Below the pieces are notes generated by a model that did not search any database, was not told where the DNA came from, and worked only from the letters and a program-made list of their open reading frames with translations. The position numbers and the translations under genes are program-made. This document shows, one piece after another, positions 9,624 to 17,796 of a stretch of 64,000 nucleotides of DNA. Source of the DNA: an uncultured Christensenellaceae bacterium. Its GTDB lineage: Bacteria; Bacillota; Clostridia; Christensenellales; SZUA-584. The first letter of the stretch is position 1. Each line of letters starts with the position of its first letter. Where the stretch lies: NCBI GenBank assembly GCA_964441275.1, contig CAYTUG010000005.1, positions 8,791-72,790 on the forward strand. The letters run 5' to 3'.

Positions 9624-11441
9624 TTGAAAGCAATCATTTTTAATTCCGGGATAGGCAAAAGAATGGGGGAGTTTACGCAAAGCAACCATAAATCGATGGC
9701 GCTTCTTGCGGACGGCGAAACCATATTTGAGCGGCAGATAAGAATACTTGGCGAATGCGGAATCAAAAGCTTTGTAGTCACAACCGGACCGTTTGAGGAG
9801 CAGTTAAAAAGCTGCGTGCAGCGCCGGTTTTCGCATTTGCGGTTTGAGTTTGTACGCAACCCTGTGTTTGACTCCACCAATTACATATATTCTATGCACC
9901 TCGCTAAAGGCTTTTTTGATGAAGCTGCGCTGCTGCTGCACGGCGATCTTGTGTTTAACCGCGCATTGATAACGGCGCTTATAAAAGCTCCCGAGCCTGA
10001 TTTGGCGTTAGCGGACAAGACAAAACCGCTGCCCGGCAAAGACTTTAAAGCGCGCATAAAAGAGGGCCGCTTGGCTCAGGTTTCGGTAAACATATTTGAT
10101 GAGGATTGTTTTGCTTTCCAGCCTTTATATAAGCTTAGCGTAAAAACGCTGGCGGCGTGGGCGGATCGCGTGGAAAAGTTTATAGCGGCAGGCAACGATA
10201 AGGTATACGCCGAAGACGCGCTCAACGAGATATTAAAAAGCCTCGATATTAAAATACACTCGTACGAAAACGACTTTATCGATGAAGTGGATACCCCGCA
10301 GGATTTGCAGCGCGTCTGCGAGCAGATCCGGCAGTTTGATTTTGACGAGCAGCAAATTTTCAATTCGGATTATGACTTTTTAAGAATACCCGAAATACTA
10401 AAAAAAAGCGGCGCCAAACGCCCGATGCTCGTATGCGGCAAATCTTTCGACAACCTGTTTATAAGCAGTTTCTTCGCAAACCTCAACATAGATTTTGTCA
10501 GGTTTTCGGGGTTCTCGCCCAACCCTAAGTATGAAGAAGTGGCTTTGGGCGTCGAGCTGTTTAAACGGCAGGGATGCGATTTTATCGTTTCGGTGGGCGG
10601 GGGAAGCGCTATCGACACCGCCAAAAACATCAAGCTTTTTTCCGCTCTCGACAGGGACAAAAACTATCTGGAACAGCCTTTGAAATACTCCCCCGTAAAG
10701 CATATAGCGATGCCCACCACCGCGGGGACGGGCAGCGAATCGACAAGATTCAGCGTGCTTTATTACAAAGGTGAAAAACAATCGATAGCGCACGATTGCA
10801 TACTGCCCGAATACGCGATACTTGAGCCCAAGCTTTTGGAAACGCTGCCGGACTACCATAAAAAAGCCGCCATGATGGACGCCTTGTGCCAGTGTATAGA
10901 GGCGATGTGGTCGGTAAACAGCAACGAAAAATGCCGCCAGTACGCCAAAGCCGGGATCGAGCTTGCGCTTTCAAATAAGATGGGGTATTTGAACGGCAAA
11001 AAGCAAAGCATGGCGGCAATGCTGCTTGCCGCCAATTACAGCGGCAGGGCAATAAACATCTCGCAGACCACTGCGGCGCACGCAATGAGCTATAAGCTAA
11101 CCTCCATGTACGGAATAGCGCACGGGCATGCGGCGGCGCTTTGTCTTTCGGCGGTGTGGCGATATATGTTAGGGAATAGCGAGGCTCTTGCAGACTCTTT
11201 TGACGCCATATCGTCGGCATTTGGCGTTAAAAGCGTAAATGCGGCGCTTAATATGTTCGACGATATGCTCGGTTTTCTTGAGCTTGAGGCGCCTGCTTTA
11301 ACCAACCCGGAAGATATCAATATGCTTTCAGATTCAGTTAATCCGGAACGGCTGTCCAACAACCCGGTCGCTTTAACTAAGGGGGTTATAAAAGAACTTT
11401 ATAAACAGATATTTAAAACAGTATCGCATTTAGCAACCTAA
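9624..11441 (+). CDS. Fusion of a LicC/MobA-type nucleotidyltransferase and an iron-containing alcohol dehydrogenase (phosphonoacetaldehyde reductase-like)
   Basis: TTG start abuts the ppd stop (GGAG 8 nt upstream). N-terminal domain: MKAIIFNSGIGKRMG (GxGxR NTP_transf_3-type). C-terminal domain: VSVGGGSAIDTAK and ...AHAMSYKL...IAHGHAAAL (Fe-ADH metal-binding His residues). Confidence 0.8.
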   Translation: MKAIIFNSGIGKRMGEFTQSNHKSMALLADGETIFERQIRILGECGIKSFVVTTGPFEEQLKSCVQRRFSHLRFEFVRNPVFDSTNYIYSMHLAKGFFDEAALLLHGDLVFNRALITALIKAPEPDLALADKTKPLPGKDFKARIKEGRLAQVSVNIFDEDCFAFQPLYKLSVKTLAAWADRVEKFIAAGNDKVYAEDALNEILKSLDIKIHSYENDFIDEVDTPQDLQRVCEQIRQFDFDEQQIFNSDYDFLRIPEILKKSGAKRPMLVCGKSFDNLFISSFFANLNIDFVRFSGFSPNPKYEEVALGVELFKRQGCDFIVSVGGGSAIDTAKNIKLFSALDRDKNYLEQPLKYSPVKHIAMPTTAGTGSESTRFSVLYYKGEKQSIAHDCILPEYAILEPKLLETLPDYHKKAAMMDALCQCIEAMWSVNSNEKCRQYAKAGIELALSNKMGYLNGKKQSMAAMLLAANYSGRAINISQTTAAHAMSYKLTSMYGIAHGHAAALCLSAVWRYMLGNSEALADSFDAISSAFGVKSVNAALNMFDDMLGFLELEAPALTNPEDINMLSDSVNPERLSNNPVALTKGVIKELYKQIFKTVSHLAT

Positions 11442-11546
11442 AAACAATCCTGCGTTTCGAAGACTTCCCAGCAGCTAAGTTTTATCAAAAATGCGAGATC
11501 TCCAAATGTTTTTTTGTTAGCATCAACAAAAATTAATAAGCCGCGT

Positions 11547-14099
11547 TTATTTAAACAGCGAATCAAACTGCGCTTTTGCTTCTCTATTGTATTGTGCGGC
11601 ATCAAAATGATAATCCATTTTCCGTCCACCTTCAATAAAGCATTTCATGCCCTTAAGTATACCTTCAGCCGAAAAATCAACCACTATCTGGCCGTTTTCT
11701 AAAAACAAGTCTTTTGCCGTGGTGAAGTTTGAAATAATTATAGGCATGTTAAGCACTCTTGCCTCAAGCACCGCCATGCCAAACCCTTCGTACAGAGAAG
11801 GAAATACAAAACAATCGCATCGTTTCATCAAACCGAAGGGGTTATTCATCATTCCCGTTAGGATAATTTTATCTTGCAAATTATGATACGCTATTATTTC
11901 TTCGAGCGCGGGCTTAAGGTCTCCCCCGCCTATAATATACAGGCGGCAGGCAGGATAAGTTTTTATCAAGCTGGAAAACGCCTCGATTAAGTTCAAATGG
12001 TTTTTTTCCGCCGACAGCCTGCCCATAGTCACAAAGTTAGTGTCGGCGCCGTCGGGAAGCGGTATTGACATAAGCGCCTTTTCAGCTTCGTCGGTGATCC
12101 GCTCGCAATAAAACTTTGCGCCGTCCCGCTCGTAAATCTCAAACGATCCCGATTTTTTCAGCACCCTTTTGTCGCCTATTAAATTGTTAACGTATGTGAA
12201 TTTTTCTTCGGTCTCTTCGTTCGCTAAGCTTTCTCTGTTGCGCTCCATAAGGCTTTTGCCTACCGATACAATCTTATCATACTGCCTGTAAGTTGAAACA
12301 GAACTAAAAATGTTTCTTCGGGATTGCGTATATGTTTTTTGTTTGGCTTTTTCAGAGTTGTTGGCGTCCGCAAGTAAATCAGTATGCTGCCAAATAATTT
12401 TTTTAGGCCCGGGCACAGCTGCGAAAAGATGAGCAAATAAAGCGGAATACCCCGAATAATTAATCAAATAGTCAAACCTTGCGTCTCCAATACAACGTGT
12501 TAATTCACGCTCAAACAACTTTTTTGGGTAAATCTTGCGCGCAAGCCGGCCTTTCATGCCGTGCTTGTGAATATAGTGCCACCGTAAAGCTTCTGTCAGC
12601 GTAACGCAAAATCCCCCCAAACGGCAGAACACCCGCACATTTTTGTTTATTTTTTCAAGGTTGGGATAATTCGCTCTTATATTAAAGGCGATAAGCGATA
12701 CGTCAAATTTTTTATAGTCTATGCTGTTGAGCCTGTTTATCAGCGTGGTGGTCACGCCATCGGTTTTCAGCACGCCGCCGTATATGAGGATTTTCTTTTT
12801 ATTGTTGTTCAAATTTACTGTTCGGTAACTATCACTGTTTTTGTTGAATACGCAGTCCACAATCCTGCTGGCCACTTTGCCGTCTTCATAGGCGCAAAGC
12901 TGCGTTTTGAATTCTTCGTACTTTTGTTTATACCGCGCATTAATATTTTCGATATCGTTAATCCACCCGGCTATCGTCTCGATATCGTCCGAGCCCGGCC
13001 CCGGCAATTCTTCCGGCTTGAAGCATATGCCTCTGTAACCCTCGTATTCTTTTAGATCGGGAATGTAGAACAACATCGGTTTGCCGGAATTCAGATAGTC
13101 GAAAGCAATGCTCGAATAATCGGATATTAAAATGTCAACGATTGATAAGACCTCGTTGGTATCCATACTTGCAGGTATAAACCTTTTCTTTTCACTTAAA
13201 GGCAAGCGAGCGTATACCAAATGGTGTGGTCTTGTCAATACCTGATATTTATCGCCCGTTTTCACCCGCAGTCTTTGTTCAAAGCTTAACAGGTCCGCTG
13301 CGTCAACCTCAGGGGCAGAGTGGTTTTTACCCTTCCATGTTGGCGCATACAAAATTATCTTTTTATTGCTGTCTACATCAATTCCATACTCTTTTAAACT
13401 GCGTAATATTTGTTCCTTGTTTGCATTTAACAGCAAATCGTTGCGGGGAAATCCTTCTTCGATAATTATCCCATCATACAACCCTTCAAGCTTATATGAT
13501 TTTTTAAATATCCCGCTCATAAACGCATTGGGCGACGTTATATAATCAGCCATCATAAAATTTCTTAGTATGTTCTGGCTTAAAATTATGCCTTGCGGCA
13601 TATCAAACCCTAAGGCTTTTAAAGTTGTGCTGTGCCACGTGTTTACGTAAACCTGCCCCTTTTTCTTGGCAAAATATGATGTAAAAGTGGTGTTGTTAAT
13701 CAGGTATTGCGCATTCGCCAGTTTTTTAAGGTATCTAAAGCCGAAGTACTTAATAAAAAAAACGTTGCTCTTCTTGTATGCTTTTTTAAGCCTGCGCAGC
13801 TCTTGTTTCTCTCTTATAGCCCAATAATGTTTATAGCCTTTAAAACTTTCGTCGTTTAACAGCTCTTTAAAGATGGCGTACGGGTTGCATATCATGCCCG
13901 CCCCGGCGTAAGATTCGTAAAGAATTGTGTTCGCCTTTATTTTTTGCGTTTTATGATAGCGCAGATACGCCAACCTTTTGAGATTGAAAGCTTTTAATCT
14001 TTTGCGCATAAATTTGTAAGGCCTGCGCAAAACTTTTTTGACCGGCCTTGGCAGCACTTTCGACAGTATTTTTTTGATAAACCTCATCCAAAACCTCAT
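11547..14099 (-). CDS. Fusion of a TagF-type CDP-glycerol glycerophosphotransferase and a GT4 glycosyltransferase
   Basis: 850 aa. N-terminal half: ILYAPTWKG and ...ILISDYSSIAFDYLNSGKPMLFYIPDLKEYEG (Glyphos_transf). C-terminal half: ...CFVFPSLYEGFGMAVLEARVLNMPII (GT4/Glycos_transf_1 EX7E region). Confidence 0.8.
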   Translation of the reverse strand: MRFWMRFIKKILSKVLPRPVKKVLRRPYKFMRKRLKAFNLKRLAYLRYHKTQKIKANTILYESYAGAGMICNPYAIFKELLNDESFKGYKHYWAIREKQELRRLKKAYKKSNVFFIKYFGFRYLKKLANAQYLINNTTFTSYFAKKKGQVYVNTWHSTTLKALGFDMPQGIILSQNILRNFMMADYITSPNAFMSGIFKKSYKLEGLYDGIIIEEGFPRNDLLLNANKEQILRSLKEYGIDVDSNKKIILYAPTWKGKNHSAPEVDAADLLSFEQRLRVKTGDKYQVLTRPHHLVYARLPLSEKKRFIPASMDTNEVLSIVDILISDYSSIAFDYLNSGKPMLFYIPDLKEYEGYRGICFKPEELPGPGSDDIETIAGWINDIENINARYKQKYEEFKTQLCAYEDGKVASRIVDCVFNKNSDSYRTVNLNNNKKKILIYGGVLKTDGVTTTLINRLNSIDYKKFDVSLIAFNIRANYPNLEKINKNVRVFCRLGGFCVTLTEALRWHYIHKHGMKGRLARKIYPKKLFERELTRCIGDARFDYLINYSGYSALFAHLFAAVPGPKKIIWQHTDLLADANNSEKAKQKTYTQSRRNIFSSVSTYRQYDKIVSVGKSLMERNRESLANEETEEKFTYVNNLIGDKRVLKKSGSFEIYERDGAKFYCERITDEAEKALMSIPLPDGADTNFVTMGRLSAEKNHLNLIEAFSSLIKTYPACRLYIIGGGDLKPALEEIIAYHNLQDKIILTGMMNNPFGLMKRCDCFVFPSLYEGFGMAVLEARVLNMPIIISNFTTAKDLFLENGQIVVDFSAEGILKGMKCFIEGGRKMDYHFDAAQYNREAKAQFDSLFK

Positions 14100-14247
14100 T
14101 TAACGCTATTCTAAAACACCGGGATGCTTTTTATAACAAACCGTTTCTTTGTTGCCAGACTTAAAAATAATTTGCAGTGTTTTATAATGTTACAGGTTAT
14201 ATTATCATAAGCGCATACTCAGTTCAACCGCACAACTCAGCCAAAAT

Positions 14248-14285
14248 AAAAAAAAAGGCGGCGGGTCCATTGTTTGCGCCAAGCC
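14248..14285 (-). terminator. Rho-independent terminator after the DtxR-family gene
   Basis: On the minus strand, GGCTTGGCG...CGCCGCC stem followed by a 9-nt U-run (A-run 14248-14256 on the plus strand). Confidence 0.75.
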
Positions 14286-14329
14286 TTTTTCATAAATACA
14301 ATAATCCAAGCGCGAATAGCAATTTAACT

Positions 14330-14704
14330 TTACTTGACGCGATTTAGGTATTGCTCTAACTTATTTGCCGTGTGCTCGCTTATCGCGTGTTCCATACGGC
14401 ACGCATCGTGTTGGGCAATCTTATTATCTACGTTTAGCACGTCTTTCAAAAATGTTTTTAACAGCTCGTTGCGCTTTTTCACCTTTCCGGCAGCGCATTT
14501 GCCCAACTCTGTAAGCATTATCGTGCCATATTTTTGTTTAGCAATATAGCCTGAATCAGCAAGAATATTCATTGCCCTGCTAACGCTGGCGCGCGACACA
14601 TTTACAGCCTGCGCAACTTGAAAAGAATGAACGGGCTCGCCGTTTTCGGATAGTTCAAGCAATGCTTTTAAATAATCTTGTGTGGACGGAGATATTTTTT
14701 TCAT
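14330..14704 (-). CDS. DtxR/MntR-family metal-dependent transcriptional regulator (short form)
   Basis: STQDYLKALLELSENGEPVHSFQVAQAVNVSRASVSRAMNILADSGYI is the winged-HTH region of iron/manganese-dependent repressors. It is the last gene of the NifX-like operon. Confidence 0.8.
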   Translation of the reverse strand: MKKISPSTQDYLKALLELSENGEPVHSFQVAQAVNVSRASVSRAMNILADSGYIAKQKYGTIMLTELGKCAAGKVKKRNELLKTFLKDVLNVDNKIAQHDACRMEHAISEHTANKLEQYLNRVK

Positions 14705-14730
14705 TGCAATCTTTCCGGCATTGTTATCGT

Positions 14731-15120
14731 TTAGCCATTATCATGCACATGATCGCATACTGTTTTTTCAATTCCAAACCCTCGGCCTGCACCCGGCGAA
14801 CACAGGCTTTCGCCGCCCATTAGCGCGCCGGTTGCGATTTTTTCAATTACATCTTCAACCGCGCCCTCTATGCCCGCTTTAACTTCTATATCGTACTGAC
14901 AAAACAAATCGATCGCCCTTGCGCCTATGCCGCCGCAAACAATTTGTTTTACCCCCCGTTTGAATAAAAACTCGGGTATTGCCCCCGGCGCATGCCCCGG
15001 GTTAGCTACCGTTTCTTTTTTTATTACCTTGTTATCTTCAACGTCCACAAGCGTATATGTCTGGCACCTTCCAAAGTGCGGTGAAACGCTGTCAAAATCG
15101 GTCGCTATTGCTATTAACAT
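14731..15120 (-). CDS. NifX/NifB-C-terminal-like (Nitro_FeMo-Co family) protein with a Cys/His-rich tail
   Basis: ...VSPHFGRCQTYTLVDVEDNKV...GVKQIVCGGIGARAIDLF... is the typical dinitrogenase FeMo-cofactor-binding fold. It has an extra C-terminal tail, CSPGAGRGFGIEKTVCDHVHDNG. Confidence 0.75.
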   Translation of the reverse strand: MLIAIATDFDSVSPHFGRCQTYTLVDVEDNKVIKKETVANPGHAPGAIPEFLFKRGVKQIVCGGIGARAIDLFCQYDIEVKAGIEGAVEDVIEKIATGALMGGESLCSPGAGRGFGIEKTVCDHVHDNG

Positions 15121-15992
15121 AATTCCTCCTTACCGTTATCTTTTATATGTTCTTTAAGCTTGCTCCAAAGCTCTTTTATTTGCTCAACCACATCAACAAG
15201 CCCCGCTTCAACGGGCGTCATCAAGCCCTGTAACGCTTTTATTATTGCAGGCTCAAACTTTATCTTGCCGATTACGGGAACATTGTTCTTTTTGCATTCG
15301 CTTTCTATTTGCGCGCTTATCTGCGGGTTCAAGTCGTACTTATTTATGCACACATAGGCGGGTATTCTAAAATGGCGGGCCACATCAAGCACCCTGAGCA
15401 AATCACTTTTACCCGACAGCGTAGGTTCGCTCACTACAACCGCAGCATCCGCGCCTGTGATTGAGGCTATTACGGTGCATCCTATTCCGGGCGAGCCGTC
15501 AATAAGCTGCCAAGCCTCACCTTTCTGGTATTCTTTTAGATTTTCTTTTACCTTTGCGACAAGCTTGCCTGAACCTTCTTCCCCTATATCAAGCAAAGCG
15601 TGGGAGAACGTACCTCTTTGGGTGCTGTCCACATAGGTTTCACCCGTCTTTACGTCAACAAGCGAAATGGCGTTTTCGGGGCACACAAGAAAACACGCGC
15701 CGCAACCTTCGCAGTTTATGCTGTCGATTTCAATATCCTCTGTTATTGCGTCAAAACGGCATACCTCTCTGCACAGCCCGCACATATTGCACAGTTTTTT
15801 ATCTATTTGCGCCCGTTTCATTGCGTAATAATCCTGTTGGGCAATCCGATTTCCCGGGACTATAATATGCAGATTCGGAGCTTCCACATCGCAATCGGCA
15901 AAAATTATATCATCCACCAAAAGGCTGAGCGATGCAACTATAGTGCTCTTTCCGGTGCCTCCCTTGCCGCTTATAAAAACAATTTGCTTCAT
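15114..15992 (-). CDS. MinD/ParA-superfamily P-loop ATPase with an inserted 2x[4Fe-4S] ferredoxin domain
   Basis: Deviant Walker A GKGGTGKST. Two CxxCxxCxxxC motifs (CNMCGLCREVC and CEGCGACFLVCP). N-terminal CDVEAPN motif. Confidence 0.8.
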   Translation of the reverse strand: MKQIVFISGKGGTGKSTIVASLSLLVDDIIFADCDVEAPNLHIIVPGNRIAQQDYYAMKRAQIDKKLCNMCGLCREVCRFDAITEDIEIDSINCEGCGACFLVCPENAISLVDVKTGETYVDSTQRGTFSHALLDIGEEGSGKLVAKVKENLKEYQKGEAWQLIDGSPGIGCTVIASITGADAAVVVSEPTLSGKSDLLRVLDVARHFRIPAYVCINKYDLNPQISAQIESECKKNNVPVIGKIKFEPAIIKALQGLMTPVEAGLVDVVEQIKELWSKLKEHIKDNGKEELC

Positions 15993-16816
15993 GTTACCGC
16001 TCCTGCTCTGATTGTTTCGTACAGTTTTAAAAACATTTTTTTATACGGCTTATCCGCATGAACAGGCAATATCCCTTTGGAATAATCCTGCGCTATTTTG
16101 CGCGAATAAGGTATTTTCATAAGTACGGGAATGCCGAGCCGCCCGCAATAATCTTCAATGCTTTTATCGTTTTCCATAGCTTTGTTAATAACTACTCCAA
16201 ATTTTATGCCCATTTTTGTAACAAGTTTTACGGCTATCTTTAAGTCGTTTAGGCCAAAAGGAGTAGGCTCGGTTACAAGCACGCAATAATCACAACCGCT
16301 TATTGTTTTTACAACAGTACATGATGCCCCCGGCGCACAGTCAAGTATCACTGGGGCATCGCTGCGCATCATTTGTTTTAGCCTGCTTATTATAGGTATG
16401 GTAATAAGCTCCCCTATGTTAAGCCTGCCCTGAAGAAACTTGTTTCCTCCGGCTTCAATAACGCCAACTTCTCTTGGCGTTTCGTATACCGCGCCTTTTT
16501 TGCACGCTATTGTGCACGCGCCGCAGTGGTGGCACATTTGCGGAAAAACAATTATTTTACGCTTAACCGCCGCAAGCGCATTAAACATGCATGCCTTAAC
16601 GCAATCCCCGCACCCATCGCACAGCGATTCTTTTATTTTAGGAACTTGCACATACACCTTTTCGGAATGGTCTATATTTGGTTTTAAAAAAAGCGCCCCG
16701 TTCGGCTCCTCTGCGTCGCAGTCGACGTACTGGCATTGCCCAATCGCCACCGCAAGGCTTGCCGATACGGTTGTTTTACCCGTACCGCCCTTTCCGCTTA
16801 AAACTGCTATTGTCAA
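15989..16816 (-). CDS. MinD/ParA-superfamily P-loop ATPase with an inserted 2x[4Fe-4S] ferredoxin domain (paralogue)
   Basis: GKGGTGKTT, CDGCGDCVKAC and CHHCGACTIAC, plus a CDAEEPN motif. It overlaps the downstream paralogue by 4 nt. Confidence 0.8.
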   Translation of the reverse strand: MTIAVLSGKGGTGKTTVSASLAVAIGQCQYVDCDAEEPNGALFLKPNIDHSEKVYVQVPKIKESLCDGCGDCVKACMFNALAAVKRKIIVFPQMCHHCGACTIACKKGAVYETPREVGVIEAGGNKFLQGRLNIGELITIPIISRLKQMMRSDAPVILDCAPGASCTVVKTISGCDYCVLVTEPTPFGLNDLKIAVKLVTKMGIKFGVVINKAMENDKSIEDYCGRLGIPVLMKIPYSRKIAQDYSKGILPVHADKPYKKMFLKLYETIRAGAVT

Positions 16817-16820
16817 TTTG

Positions 16821-17186
16821 TTATCCCCTTTGACCGTGCCGCGCGGGCCCCGGCGCAGTTATCTGTTCCAACGCCCCTTGTAAAAAAAGCTCAACATTCT
16901 CTTTTACCGAAATTTCTTTGCCCCTGTAAACTTTTACGCCGGCGGCGTTTAACACCCTGCTCGCATTAGGGCCGACATTTCCGGTTATGACCGCTTCAAC
17001 GTTTTTATCGACAACCGTTTGTGCGGCGGAAATTCCGGCGCCGCCTGCAGATGCCGCCGCGGCGTTTTCAAGCCCCTCGCCTTTTAACGTTTTTGTATCC
17101 ACAATAATAAAAGCCTTCGCTCTTCCAAACCTTAAATCTAACCGGCTGTCCATACCATTCCCTTCAGCTGATACCGCAATAATCAC
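16821..17186 (-). CDS. NifX/NifB-C-terminal-like (Nitro_FeMo-Co family) protein
   Basis: ...RFGRAKAFIIVDTKT...VEAVITGNVGPNASRVLNAAGVKVY. The ORF track begins at a TTG (17222). I prefer GTG 17186 because GGGAGG (17194-17199) lies 7 nt upstream. Confidence 0.7.
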   Translation of the reverse strand: MIIAVSAEGNGMDSRLDLRFGRAKAFIIVDTKTLKGEGLENAAAASAGGAGISAAQTVVDKNVEAVITGNVGPNASRVLNAAGVKVYRGKEISVKENVELFLQGALEQITAPGPARHGQRG

Positions 17187-17226
17187 AATTTTACCTCCCA
17201 ATGGTTTTTGTTTTATACCCAAAACT

Positions 17227-17255
17227 ATTGTATAACTCTAAAAGGCATATGTCAA
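17227..17255 (-). promoter_or_regulatory. Sigma-A-type promoter of the NifX-like/MinD-ferredoxin operon
   Basis: On the minus strand: TTGACA (17255-17250), 17-nt spacer, TACAAT (17232-17227). Confidence 0.55.
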
Positions 17256-17316
17256 TATCTTTGATGCGGTTGTTTGAAGCCGAATAAATTTGAAATGGAT
17301 GTTGTTGCTTGTAGGG

Positions 17317-17350
17317 GAGGCTGCGCGGTAAAGCCTTTATGCGCAGCCTC
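17317..17350 (-). terminator. Strong hairpin immediately after fabZ (terminator-like, no clear U-tract)
   Basis: Perfect 10-bp stem GAGGCTGCGC / GCGCAGCCTC with a 14-nt loop, 8 nt downstream of the fabZ stop. Confidence 0.5.
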
Positions 17351-17358
17351 TATGTGTA

Positions 17359-17796
17359 TCATTGTGAATCTGCTATGGCAAATACCAGCTCGCAGCTTGC
17401 GACAAGTTTGTCTCCCACGTATGCTTTGCCGCTTCCCGTTCCCACGCTGCCTTTTACCGTCTCTAATTGCGTTTCCAATATCAATGTATCGCCCGGCACG
17501 ACCATGTCATAAAACCTTGCGTTTTTAATCTTACCGAGGAACGCGAGCTTGCCCGACATATCGGGCATCATAAGCAAGGTTATTCCTCCCATTTGCGCCA
17601 TAGCTTCAACTATAAGCACTCCCGGCATAACCTTCTTGTCCGCAAAATGCCCCATAAAGAACCACTCGTTTCCGCTTATGGCTTTTCTGCCTTTTGCCAT
17701 AACGCCGGGATTGATTTCATCCACCCTGTCTACCATAAGGAACGGCTCTCTGTGTGGTAAGATTTTTTTAATTTCATCTATATTGAGCATTTTCAA
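17359..17796 (-). CDS. fabZ: 3-hydroxyacyl-ACP dehydratase
   Basis: ILPHREPFLMVDRV...GHF...PGVLIVEAMAQ hot-dog-fold FabZ motifs. Confidence 0.9.
   Translation of the reverse strand: MKMLNIDEIKKILPHREPFLMVDRVDEINPGVMAKGRKAISGNEWFFMGHFADKKVMPGVLIVEAMAQMGGITLLMMPDMSGKLAFLGKIKNARFYDMVVPGDTLILETQLETVKGSVGTGSGKAYVGDKLVASCELVFAIADSQ

Noticed and set aside
10076-11362. Cluster of overlapping ORFs on both strands (10076..10363, 10370..10660, 10398..10859, 10750..11220, 11090..11362 and others).
   Set aside because: All overlap the NTP-transferase/Fe-ADH fusion gene. Their Arg/Ser/Cys-rich translations are typical of wrong-frame reading of GC-richer coding DNA.
14731-17222. Possibility that the NifX-like genes indicate a nitrogen-fixation (nif) cluster.
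   Set aside because: No nifH/D/K/E/N/B genes are in the window. The partners are MinD-ferredoxin ATPases and a DtxR regulator, so calling it nif would over-interpret the fold name.
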